From assembly GCA_964390665.1 (NCBI GenBank), contig CAYMLS010000001.1, forward strand, positions 1 through 58,872: 58,872 bases of DNA, in the 5' to 3' direction. A program made the translations under genes and the position numbers. Under the pieces are notes generated by a model. The model was given only the letters and a program-made list of their open reading frames with translations, ran no database searches and was not told where the DNA came from. The stretch is from an uncultured Bacteroidales bacterium (GTDB lineage Bacteria; Bacteroidota; Bacteroidia; Bacteroidales; UBA7960). Below are positions 1 through 9,840 of the stretch, one piece after another (within the stretch, counting starts at the first letter, position 1; the number at the start of each line of letters is the position of its first letter).

Positions 1-1740
1 TCTTGTGGTTTCAGGCCATGTTCCTTGTGTAATCCATTCGTAGTATTCCAATGCTTTTGTTGCGTCTTCTGTCCAATTCCACTGACCTGATTGGGTAGGA
101 ACATCATAATTCTGGATTAATTTAGAGATTGTTTTTATTTCAGATAAACTTTCACGAATGTCATTCATTAATTTTGCTGTTTGATATTCTTCTCCGCGCG
201 CATATATCCGATATCCGAAATATGCTGTAGATACGGCTTTATGCAAGCGTGCTGTTAGCAATGTGCGGTTAAAATAATGAAATAACTCCTGATATTGCTC
301 ATCAGTTAAAAAAGGTTTGGCTTTTTCAATTTGATTTAATGACTCTTCCGTTAGTTTTATACCATATTCTTTTTCCGTTACAATATAGTCGAGATACTTC
401 TCATTCATCATTTCACCACGAGTAATCCAATTATTTTCCATTACCCATGGAATTTCATGAAGTTGAGTTCCTCCTGCCTTGGCCCAATCAGGAGCAAGTG
501 TGTTGATAATATCTTTCCAATAATGAAATTCACGGTTCACTCCATGTTCAACAAAGACCACTGGCGGATCGATCCATTTTCCGGAAACGTGACGAGCCCA
601 ATGGGATGAATAAGGATCGTAATTTAGTCGTGAGTGATTGGTCGTATTGGTTCCAAGTGTATAAAATACCGAGGTGATGATCTCAAATGCATTTTCAAAA
701 GCAGCCTTTATATGGGGCAGGGCATCTTTACTATAATTTTCGGTAATAAATTCATCATAAATATCATCGGCCGTTAAAGTTTGGTCTTCCAGATATCTTT
801 TTAAGGCATAAAGATTAATTTCAGAAGGTCGTCCAACAATTCTTGTATCTCCGAAGCGATCAGTTCTGGCAGTGTATCCGATAATATGGTCTCTTTGCAG
901 AAAATCGCTCCAACGTTTAAGGATAAATTCAGGCCAGGTGTTTGCCACAATGCCTTGCCCGTTGAACTCAGCAGCAGCATCAAATTCAATAATTGTTGGC
1001 CGGTTAATGGTTCCGGCAATAAAATCATTGGGATGTGTTAATAAAAAGTCGTGAGGTGCTTCTTTCATCATTAATCTGATCTCAGGGTAATCGAATAATT
1101 CAATGGCACCCACAATGTTCTCATATTCCTCATAGGTATAGGAGAACGTCCGGGCATACAGGTTTAATCCCCGTTCACCAATTACAACGGATGCAATAGC
1201 ATTGACGACGGCAGCCAGTTTCTCCTGATTGGTTTTTAATTTTACCGAATATTGGTCTTCAGCTCTTGCCCCGGTTTCAATAAATGTAAGGATTAAACCT
1301 TGTATATCGGGCACTATATCAAGCATTTCGCGATAATCATCTTTAAACCATTCCCAAAAAGCAGGATTATCCAGATCTATTTCTCCATTGGGCCCGGTTT
1401 TAAAACGATCGGGATAATAATCTAAATCATATAATGACCTGTCCCATAAAACAACCTCCTGGATTCCTTTGGCATGTGCATGTTTGATGATCATGTTCGC
1501 CTTTTCAAGTCTTTCCGGAATCCTGACATGCCTTAAATCATGGATAAGATCATGCGATATTTGCAAATGGTTGATATCGTAGTCAGAAGCATTGTCAACT
1601 ACAAACAAGTCCTCTGACAGGTTATCAGACAGAATCGTCCATCCTTTAACAGTTTCGTTGGATTTAAGCGGTTTAGGGTCATGTGTTTTTTGTGAACAGG
1701 CTAGTAACAAAGCCAAAAGGAAGAAAACAGTGTTTTTCAT
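1..1740 (-). CDS. Exported lipoprotein, glycoside-hydrolase-like (family not identified); 5' part only, runs off the left edge
   Basis: Minus-strand frame is open from the ATG at 1740-1738 to position 1 (580 codons checked at several points). It is missing from the ORF track only because its stop lies outside the window. The N-terminus MKNTVFFLLALLLACSQ is a lipoprotein signal with a lipobox Cys. The body (WDRSLYDLDYYPDRF, LILTFIETGARAED) looks like an enzyme fold but I cannot name the family. Confidence 0.75.
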   Translation of the reverse strand, partial: MKNTVFFLLALLLACSQKTHDPKPLKSNETVKGWTILSDNLSEDLFVVDNASDYDINHLQISHDLIHDLRHVRIPERLEKANMIIKHAHAKGIQEVVLWDRSLYDLDYYPDRFKTGPNGEIDLDNPAFWEWFKDDYREMLDIVPDIQGLILTFIETGARAEDQYSVKLKTNQEKLAAVVNAIASVVIGERGLNLYARTFSYTYEEYENIVGAIELFDYPEIRLMMKEAPHDFLLTHPNDFIAGTINRPTIIEFDAAAEFNGQGIVANTWPEFILKRWSDFLQRDHIIGYTARTDRFGDTRIVGRPSEINLYALKRYLEDQTLTADDIYDEFITENYSKDALPHIKAAFENAFEIITSVFYTLGTNTTNHSRLNYDPYSSHWARHVSGKWIDPPVVFVEHGVNREFHYWKDIINTLAPDWAKAGGTQLHEIPWVMENNWITRGEMMNEKYLDYIVTEKEYGIKLTEESLNQIEKAKPFLTDEQYQELFHYFNRTLLTARLHKAVSTAYFGYRIYARGEEYQTAKLMNDIRESLSEIKTISKLIQNYDVPTQSGQWNWTEDATKALEYYEWITQGTWPETTR

Positions 1741-1885
1741 ATTTTTACAATTTGATTAATCCGGTCAGATGAGACTGACCAGTTATTTGAATTGTGCTGC
1801 TGTGTGTGCGATTTCGCGTGATTAAAAAGCATAGCGCTGTTTATCAGTCGGTTTCAAATATAATGATTTTTTACTAATTTCACAG
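1741..1885 (-). repeat. Conserved intergenic element, copy 0 (diverged, short)
   Basis: Shares TTTGATTAATCCGGTCAGATG with copy C, plus a GTGTGTGCGA box and a TCGGTTTCAAA right end. Contains a perfect hairpin GGTCAG-atgaga-CTGACC. Lies directly upstream of the lipoprotein start codon. Confidence 0.5.
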
Positions 1886-2174
1886 AAAAACTTCTTTTGC
1901 ACCATTGCAGGAATTCTTTCGGAAATGTATCTTAGCATGCAGGTTTTTTCAATGCACTATTTTCAGGCGAGTAAATAAGGTATTTCCAGGTAAAAAAAAT
2001 CTTGCTGGCAGGAATAGGGTTGGTGGGGTGGATATTTACCAAACTAAATAGTTGGATGAAGTAAATCCAATTGGTTTTATAATGATATCCACCACGTTTA
2101 TTAAGTCTGGGGGTTGGGCAAAATTTTGATCTGTTTATGAATAATAAAAGACCATTCAAAAGTATTTGAGAAAA

Positions 2175-2675
2175 ATGAACAAAACAAAATGGATTTTCCT
2201 TTTCATCATCATAACAGGTATGCCCGCTTGCACTATATCAGAAAAAGAACTGGCAGAGGCAGATCATGAACTGATCAGGTCGGTCAACAATTTCACTGAA
2301 CAGGAAGAAGTCTGGGCTCAAAATGTTGCTGCGCAGAATAAACAGGCATCTTATGCGGCCCTGGATTCAATGCATTTGATTCTGGACTCACTAAACCTTG
2401 AGAATCTTCATAAAATACAGAAAGCAGACAGCATTTATGCCCTTTCGTTAGAAAATACTTTTCGAATGTTCGGGTATATTTTGGATAGTATCTACACCTC
2501 TTCCACAAAAATTGCCTTTGCTGCAGATAAAAATTATACTTTCGTTGAAGAAAAACAATTGTACGCTGACCTTCAAAAGGCAGACAGTATGATGCATCAT
2601 CAACGGCAGGAGATAAAAAGAAAAAGAGAAATATTCCGGCAAAATTTTAAACTTCAAACCCATTCATTACCATGA
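2175..2675 (+). CDS. Hypothetical lipoprotein
   Basis: ORF 2166..2675 in the track begins at TTG; the ATG at 2175 gives MNKTKWIFLFIIITGMPACT (signal plus lipobox). Its stop overlaps the lipB start (ATGA at 2672-2675). Confidence 0.6.
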   Translation: MNKTKWIFLFIIITGMPACTISEKELAEADHELIRSVNNFTEQEEVWAQNVAAQNKQASYAALDSMHLILDSLNLENLHKIQKADSIYALSLENTFRMFGYILDSIYTSSTKIAFAADKNYTFVEEKQLYADLQKADSMMHHQRQEIKRKREIFRQNFKLQTHSLP

Positions 2676-3394
2676 CGAATAAAAACAAACTGACAAAATT
2701 CAAAGATCTTGGACTGATTGATTATAAGCAGGCGTGGGATTACCAGGAACAACTCTTTCAGGATGTTGTTGCCCAAAAACTATACAATCGGAAAAATGAA
2801 CAAAATGAACAGCGACCCACCCCCAATTATCTGCTGTTTTGTGAGCATCCCCATGTTTATACTCTGGGAAAAAACGGTTCTGAAAACAACCTGCTCGTTA
2901 ACCAGATCCAACTACAGGATCATCAAGCCAGGTTTTACAAAATTGACAGAGGTGGTGATATCACTTACCACGGACCCGGACAAATTGTAGGATACCCCAT
3001 CATTGACCTGGATAATTTTTTTCCTGACATTCATCAATATGTTGCCTTTTTGGAAGAAGCGATCATACTTACCATTGCAGATTATGGCATAAAAGGTGAA
3101 AGACTCAAAGGAGCCAGCGGTGTTTGGATTGATGCGGAAGACAAAACACGGGCACGAAAAATCTGTGCCATTGGCATAAAAGCAAGCAGATGGGTGACCA
3201 TGCATGGATTTGCCTTCAACGTAAAAACCGATCTGAAATATTTTGATTTCATCAATCCCTGTGGTTTTACCGATAAAAAGGCAACATCTCTTGAAAAAGA
3301 AACGGGTAAGGAATTGGACATGAATCAGGTAAAAAAGAAAGTAAAAACCAACCTGAGTCACCTGTTTGGTTTTGATTACCAGGTGCTAACCTGA
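2672..3394 (+). CDS. lipB: Octanoyltransferase (lipoyl(octanoyl) transferase)
   Basis: 240 aa with typical LipB motifs: HPHVYTLGKNG, RGGDITYHGPGQIVGYPI, KICAIGIKASRWVTMHGFAFNV. Confidence 0.9.
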   Translation: MTNKNKLTKFKDLGLIDYKQAWDYQEQLFQDVVAQKLYNRKNEQNEQRPTPNYLLFCEHPHVYTLGKNGSENNLLVNQIQLQDHQARFYKIDRGGDITYHGPGQIVGYPIIDLDNFFPDIHQYVAFLEEAIILTIADYGIKGERLKGASGVWIDAEDKTRARKICAIGIKASRWVTMHGFAFNVKTDLKYFDFINPCGFTDKKATSLEKETGKELDMNQVKKKVKTNLSHLFGFDYQVLT

Positions 3395-4183
3395 ATCTTT
3401 GTTTAAGTTGTATGGCAATATGATATTTTGTCGTCTGAGAGTATTTTTGATCATGCATCATAAACCGGACGTAATAGGTCGTGTATTCACATATTGTCAG
3501 CAAGAAAATCCATGATTTCTATTTGTGAGCAAAGAAGAAAGCATGAAGGACAAGACTTTCAATGACGTAAAAACATGAAGATCCGAAGTAAACCGGAATG
3601 ACTGTTTCAGTCATTAAGATAAAGATTTACCTCTTTATTTAAAAACTGTTGATAACTTTCAAAAAAACATTTTTTTTAATAATCAGAAGAAACAAATCCC
3701 AATGAACTATTCATAAAACATCTATACGATATCGCTTAAACACTATATATTTCAGATCAGTTTTGTCTTTTCTTGCATTAAATCCGCCAATCATTTATCG
3801 CCTTCCATTACATCCATCAATGAATGTTAAACGAAAATTTTTCTTATAGAATAGAAAAACGGCTTCGCACATTAATTATTAACGTTACATGAGTTTTTTT
3901 ATCTTTTTTAAGTAAATTTGGTTCGCTAAAAATCAGGGTTATTTTCCTGAAGCGTCATTGATTGCTTTTTCTGACTAAGTAAAAACATCAATGGAAAGTA
4001 AGTGCGACACTGATTTTTTTGAGAAAAATTAATATTTTCATTCAAAAAGCAACTTTCAAAAAATGTTTGCGTACAATCTGATTGTCGCCTTTTAAAAAGA
4101 AATTTGAAACTTTTTGGCATTTGTATGCGAATATATACATTAGTGAAATAAAAACCAGAAATCACAATACATTAAAAGTGAAA

Positions 4184-5353
4184 GTGAAGAAAAAGATCAG
4201 TCTTTTACATACGAGTTTATTTCGTTTATTCATCTTTATCATGTGGATGAGTTATTCATGGAATGGATTTACGACAGAAAACTCAGGCACTTTTTTATCT
4301 GCCACTTTAACAGGGCAGCATACCTCCTGGCAGGATCCTGAACCCCAGATCAACAGGCAAATGCTGGAGATGTTCCTTTCGCTCAGGGACAGTGGTATCA
4401 TTACACCCACTGCCTTTGAATACATATTACAAAACCCTGAAAAAGTAAGAACCGAAGGTTGGCAAAAAGTTTTGGCAGAATACCAGGAATCATTGCAAAA
4501 ACAACAAGATCCGCTTCAGCACGATGACTTTAGAGACAAGATCGCAGAAGAGATCACCGGTATTGATACGCTTGAAGAAGAGACGGTTGCGGAAGATCAA
4601 AATTCGGATAATCAGGAAAATGCCACACAGGAAGATGAGATCCTGACAGAAGAAACCGAAGATGAATTACTGGCAGAAGAAACCGAAGATGAGATAATGG
4701 AAGAAGAAACCCTCATTGAGGAAACTGTAATTGAAGATGTGGTGATACGAAGAAATCTTGACGACACTGAAACCATTCATACGGATATCTCCAAAGTAAA
4801 TCCATCCATGGCGGATGATGCCGTGCGTTATCATGTTCAAATAGCAGCAAGTGTTACTCCACTTGAAGAAGCATACCTGCGTACGCTATACTCGGGAGAC
4901 AGAACCATCAACCATTTCCAGGAAGATGGATGGGAGAAATATTATATCGGAAACTTTTCCCGGTACAATGAAGCCCGGTCAGAATTACAAAACAATGTTG
5001 ATACCCGCGATGCCTTTGTAATTGCCTTTTTGCTGGGCAAAAAAGTAATGGCATACAAGGCCAGAATGGTAGAAGATATATTGGCCAACAGTCCTTTGGA
5101 CACTTTTCATGAAAACCCTGACAACCAATATCGTATTCAGATCGCAGCCAGTGTCAGACCCCTTTCCCTGGAATCATTGGAAAATATCTATCCCCAAACA
5201 AATCAGATCGGGATCATTTACGAAGGAGGTTGGTTCAAATATAGTATCCCCGGCGCAGAAACCAGGGAAGAATCCTGGGATATGTCTCAAAACCTCGGTG
5301 TTAACGGGTCTTTTGTGGTTCAATACCGGGCAGGTAAAAGACTGTTTCCATAA
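4184..5353 (+). CDS. Exported protein with an acidic Glu-rich linker and two SPOR-like repeats
   Basis: Track ORF 4082..5353. The likely start is GTG at 4184 (VKKKISLLHTSLFRLFIFIMW, signal-like), but the start is uncertain. An acidic run follows (EETEDELLAEETEDEIMEEETLIEE). Two similar modules begin YHVQIAASVTPLEE and YRIQIAASVRPLSLE. Confidence 0.6.
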   Translation: MKKKISLLHTSLFRLFIFIMWMSYSWNGFTTENSGTFLSATLTGQHTSWQDPEPQINRQMLEMFLSLRDSGIITPTAFEYILQNPEKVRTEGWQKVLAEYQESLQKQQDPLQHDDFRDKIAEEITGIDTLEEETVAEDQNSDNQENATQEDEILTEETEDELLAEETEDEIMEEETLIEETVIEDVVIRRNLDDTETIHTDISKVNPSMADDAVRYHVQIAASVTPLEEAYLRTLYSGDRTINHFQEDGWEKYYIGNFSRYNEARSELQNNVDTRDAFVIAFLLGKKVMAYKARMVEDILANSPLDTFHENPDNQYRIQIAASVRPLSLESLENIYPQTNQIGIIYEGGWFKYSIPGAETREESWDMSQNLGVNGSFVVQYRAGKRLFP

Positions 5354-5464
5354 AAATAACAAACCCCTGAAAAGTGATAAAATTGAAATAAAAATTATAA
5401 ATAATCATATTAATAGTTCAATAAACCCTAAACCAAATCTTATTACTGACAAAAAATAACAGGT

Positions 5465-6250
5465 ATGAGAACAATGAATGGATTAAAAAGGATAGAAAAG
5501 CAAGCGTTAGTGGTTCTGATGGCAGTCTTGCTTTTTGGTTCATGTGTAAACCACAGAAGTGCCACCTTGATCAAGGAAGATAACCGGAAAACCAATTTGT
5601 TTGATATAGAAAATCCACGGGAAACCACATATCAGATACAAACCGGAGATCAATTATATATTAAAGTGTATAGTCTTGATCCGCAAACCAGCAGATTTTT
5701 TCAGAGTGATCTGCCCAATCTGATGAACGATACCTATGTTTACCTGAACAGTTTTACGGTTGACCAGGATGGATTTATCAGTTTTTCATTCGTGGAGAAA
5801 CTTTATGTTCAGGGTTTAACACTCGATGAAGCGCAGGTAAGGATACAGGAGGTACTCAACGAGTATTTTAATGAGATCACCGTTGTGGTAAAACTCATCA
5901 ACTTCCAGATCTCCGTTATGGGTGAAGTAAGGAGTCCTGGTACAGTAAACCTCAACAGGGAATATGCCAATATTCTGCAGGCCATCAGCCATGCAGGAGG
6001 TACTACTCAGTATGCAAATCTGGAAAGAGTTAAACTCATCAGGCAAACCACTACCGGATCTGAAGTAATTATCGTTGACATGGGCGATCTGGATCTGCTT
6101 TCGCAGGAATACTATCATCTGATGCCCAATGACATTCTTTATCTTGAACCAAGACAAATAAAAACATGGGGGTTGGGTAATTTCCCCTGGTTGCTTCCGT
6201 TTTCTGTAGCAGCAACAGCATTAAGTATATACAATCTTTTACAAAATTAG
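5465..6250 (+). CDS. Polysaccharide export outer-membrane protein (Wza/BexD family)
   Basis: 261 aa. Signal/lipobox LLFGSC, Poly_export-type YQIQTGDQLYIKVYSLD, and an SLBB-like ISVMGEVRSPG segment. Confidence 0.85.
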   Translation: MRTMNGLKRIEKQALVVLMAVLLFGSCVNHRSATLIKEDNRKTNLFDIENPRETTYQIQTGDQLYIKVYSLDPQTSRFFQSDLPNLMNDTYVYLNSFTVDQDGFISFSFVEKLYVQGLTLDEAQVRIQEVLNEYFNEITVVVKLINFQISVMGEVRSPGTVNLNREYANILQAISHAGGTTQYANLERVKLIRQTTTGSEVIIVDMGDLDLLSQEYYHLMPNDILYLEPRQIKTWGLGNFPWLLPFSVAATALSIYNLLQN

Positions 6251-6264
6251 GGAATTAACAATTC

Positions 6265-8643
6265 ATGCAAACCAACTATGATCCGATTGACTTTAACGAA
6301 GAGTCGCTTGATCTTGAAAAGATCATAAAGAAATATATCCGATTCTGGCCCTGGATACTTGCAGGGTTGATCATCGCTTTGGTAATTGGTCATTTTCTGG
6401 TAGAGCGCGAACCCAGGGTTTATGAAAACAGGTTAACACTCTTAATACACGAGAGCAACGAACCACTGCTCAATCTTGGCGGGCAAACCTCCATCACTTC
6501 AGGGTTTAAGTATGGAGGTTCGCAAATCAACAACCAGATAGAGATATTAACCAGCAGAACCCTTACGCAGAACACGCTCAGATCTTTGGATTTTGGCACA
6601 GAATACTACCGGCGTGGTTCTTTTTCCAACCAGGAAATATATCCAAACCCCTACTTTACCATAGAATTGGATTCGCTATGGCCACAATCGGTCAATGTAC
6701 CTTTTACAGTAATAAGAAGCGACGACAACAAGTGGCACATTACGGCCAACTGGGAAAATGCCTCCCTGTATTCTTATGCCAGGCAATCATTTACAGGGCA
6801 GGCATCCGACAAAGATATTGACCTGATCGTTTTGCCAGGACAGTGGATAGAAACCACCTCTTTCAGGTTCAGGATCATAGAAAATCCTGAAAACGTTTTG
6901 CCCTCCGGTCAGGAATTTATTTTTATTTTCAGAGACCTGAACACACTCACCAGAAAATTCTCAGGATTAAGGGCTCAATCCGTTGACAATACTTCTATTG
7001 TCAGATTATCTATGAGAAGTGGAAGCACCCGGAAAAATGAAAGATTCCTGAACCTGCACGCACAAAACTTCCTGAATCGCGAATTGGAAAAGAAAAACGA
7101 AAGAGCGCAAAAAACAATTGATTTTATAGAAGAGCAACTTGAATTTGTTTCTCAATCTTTGATGGTATCTGAAACTACACTTGACACCTATCGGTCTACT
7201 CAACAGATCATTAATTTCGATTTTGAAGCACAACGGGTTTTTTCGCGTATGGAAGGTTTGCAAACAAAAAAGGCTGAGCTTTTGGCGCAGGAAAAGTACT
7301 ATCAATACCTTCAAAATTATCTTCAGCAATCGGGTGAAGACGGAAGCGATCTGGTTCCACCCTCTTCCCTCGGTGTTAACGATCCTCTTTTGAGCACCAT
7401 CATAGATGAACTTATTAAATTATATACACAAAGGTCTGAACTCCTTATCAATTACAAAGAGGATAATCCTGTTCTCAACAATGTAAATGTTCGCATTTTA
7501 AATGCCAAGAACACTGCCCAGGAAAGCCTGAAAAATGTGATCGCCCAAAACAACAATGCCATTGAAGACATTAACGACCAAATTGAAGAGATCTCAGCTG
7601 AAATAAGTACATTGCCCGAATCGCAACGCAACCTGTTTACCATGGAGAGGCAATTTCAATTATACAATGAGTTGTTTGTTTTTTTGCAAAATAAAAAAGT
7701 TGAACTTGAAATCACCAAATCCGGTTTTACACCCATCCATGATATTGTAGATCCATCGCTTGCCGCCGAAGGAAGTCTTATTTCACCACAAAGAAAAAGG
7801 ACACTCACTATTGCTGGTTTTCTTGGTTTTGCCATACCTGTTTTTCTGTTGTTTTTAACTGATTTCTTCAACAATAAGGTGAGATCTTCCGATGACCTTG
7901 AAAAACTCAAGACGTATCCTTATATCGGGATCATATCAAGAAACAACTTGAAAGATACCCAGATAGTACCCTATGACAAATATTCGTTGCTGGCTGAATC
8001 TTTCCGGTCTTTAAGAACCAACGTGCAATTTTTGTTGCCCCATGGGAAAAAGCCCGTGATCATGGTTACATCCACCCTGCTGGAAGAAGGAAAAACCTTC
8101 ATAAGTCTGAACCTTGCGGCAGGCTTTGCCAACATGGGTAAAAAAGTACTGATTTTGTCCTTTGACTTGCGCAAGCCCAAACTGCATAAATACTTGAATA
8201 CTGAACTGCCTCATGGTTTATCCAACTACCTGATCTCAGACATTCAACCCCATGAAATCATTCATAAAAGCACCGTACCAGATCTTGATATCATTTTCTC
8301 CGGACAGGTACCCCCCAACCCTGCCGAACTGATCGGGTCACCCAAGGTAAAAGAACTTTTTGAATTTGCTGAAAAAGAATACGATTATGTAATTGTTGAT
8401 ACTCCTCCTGTGGGAATGGTATCTGATGGATTGTTGCTCGTGGAACATTGCAATTCGATCATCTATGTGGTAAGACATAACAAAACACCACTCAAATACC
8501 TGCAGCACACACTTAAAGGAATGAAAGAGAAAGACATACACAATATTAATATTTTACTGAACGATGTACCCCCTCCCGGAAAATTCAGCAATTATTCTGA
8601 ATATACCTACCAGTATAGCTATTATGATTCAAAAAGTAAATAA
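6265..8643 (+). CDS. Chain-length determinant / tyrosine autokinase (Wzc/GumC-like polysaccharide co-polymerase)
   Basis: 792 aa. N-terminal TM plus Wzz-like coiled-coil region, a second TM (LTIAGFLGFAIPVFLLFL), and a C-terminal CpsD/CapB-type P-loop (VTSTLLEEGKTFISLNLA, VIVDTPPVG). Tyr-rich tail YSEYTYQYSYYDS. Confidence 0.85.
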   Translation: MQTNYDPIDFNEESLDLEKIIKKYIRFWPWILAGLIIALVIGHFLVEREPRVYENRLTLLIHESNEPLLNLGGQTSITSGFKYGGSQINNQIEILTSRTLTQNTLRSLDFGTEYYRRGSFSNQEIYPNPYFTIELDSLWPQSVNVPFTVIRSDDNKWHITANWENASLYSYARQSFTGQASDKDIDLIVLPGQWIETTSFRFRIIENPENVLPSGQEFIFIFRDLNTLTRKFSGLRAQSVDNTSIVRLSMRSGSTRKNERFLNLHAQNFLNRELEKKNERAQKTIDFIEEQLEFVSQSLMVSETTLDTYRSTQQIINFDFEAQRVFSRMEGLQTKKAELLAQEKYYQYLQNYLQQSGEDGSDLVPPSSLGVNDPLLSTIIDELIKLYTQRSELLINYKEDNPVLNNVNVRILNAKNTAQESLKNVIAQNNNAIEDINDQIEEISAEISTLPESQRNLFTMERQFQLYNELFVFLQNKKVELEITKSGFTPIHDIVDPSLAAEGSLISPQRKRTLTIAGFLGFAIPVFLLFLTDFFNNKVRSSDDLEKLKTYPYIGIISRNNLKDTQIVPYDKYSLLAESFRSLRTNVQFLLPHGKKPVIMVTSTLLEEGKTFISLNLAAGFANMGKKVLILSFDLRKPKLHKYLNTELPHGLSNYLISDIQPHEIIHKSTVPDLDIIFSGQVPPNPAELIGSPKVKELFEFAEKEYDYVIVDTPPVGMVSDGLLLVEHCNSIIYVVRHNKTPLKYLQHTLKGMKEKDIHNINILLNDVPPPGKFSNYSEYTYQYSYYDSKSK

Positions 8644-8821
8644 ATTCTGATAGCAAAAAACATTTCGATCATCAAAAACGTTTGAGAAGGATTGGTATAA
8701 AATCGCAATTCTTCTCTTTTTTTTTATAATACGAACATGACCCATCAATAAAGAAAAAGCAGAGAAATGGAAAAGATTGCCTTTTTAAAAAAATTGCGTC
8801 AACGATAGCATAACAATAACG

Positions 8822-9472
8822 ATGAAGAGGTTAAGATCAGTAGAGGTAATTGATAACAGGCAAATAGCGAGAGGAGCCTATGTATTGACATTCAAAAGAG
8901 ATTTTGCGTTTATTGCCGGTCAGGTTTTGGGTATCACAACTGATCATGACGTTGAACCCCGCTTATACAGCATTGCCAGTGGGGTTAAAGAGGAAGATAT
9001 TCACATTTTGTACACTTTGAAACAAGATGGAGTGCTTACCCCGCAGCTTTCTGCCATCAAACCCGGCAATAAAATATACATCACAGATGTTTTTGGAACA
9101 TTTACCTGCCAGGAAAATGCTGCCGTTTGGATAGCAACCGGAACAGGTATTGCACCCTTTGCCTCCATGACCAAATCCGGTTTATCAGAAAATAAGATAT
9201 TGATTTACGGCAACCGAACAAAATCGCATCTCTACTTTCACAATACTTTTCAGTCATTGATGAATGAAAACTATTTTCCCTGTTGCAGCAGAGAAGAAAA
9301 CACCGATACTTTTCATGGCAGGGTTACCGGTTTTCTGCAAAGTTTTGGCGTGGCAAACAACCAACTTCCCTTTTATCTTTGCGGAAGTGCTGAGATGGTG
9401 GTGGATGTAAGAGATATACTCATAGAAAAAGGGGTACCATTTAATAACATCATGTCGGAAATATTTTTCTGA
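8822..9472 (+). CDS. Ferredoxin-NADP reductase-like flavoprotein (FAD/NAD(P)-binding oxidoreductase)
   Basis: 216 aa with an RLYSIAS (RxYS FAD motif) and a GTGIAPF nucleotide-binding motif. Confidence 0.7.
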   Translation: MKRLRSVEVIDNRQIARGAYVLTFKRDFAFIAGQVLGITTDHDVEPRLYSIASGVKEEDIHILYTLKQDGVLTPQLSAIKPGNKIYITDVFGTFTCQENAAVWIATGTGIAPFASMTKSGLSENKILIYGNRTKSHLYFHNTFQSLMNENYFPCCSREENTDTFHGRVTGFLQSFGVANNQLPFYLCGSAEMVVDVRDILIEKGVPFNNIMSEIFF

Positions 9473-9840
9473 AAACTGACTGCAAGTTTGTACGCTACAG
9501 TGCAGCTTTTTTCATTCACGTGAGACGGTAACATTTGCAGAAATAGTAAAAAACCTCCCTACCAAAACCCGGGACGATAATATTAAAGAACCAGGAAAAA
9601 CATAGTCTTGATAAATCACGGTATTTTTAAACAGACATCAATGAAAAAAACAGGGGAAAGCGGGTTTTGTCCGGATGAACCAAAGGTAAAAGCGAAGCAA
9701 TTAAGTGTGACCAGTACACTTTTAAAAAGTAAAACATTTTTGTTACTTTTGAAAAACCACAGCACCATTGCAGGTAATTATAGAAGCAGGAACAGGACAA
9801 TCCCATAAATTCAACAAAATCCAAACAGAAAAATCACAAC

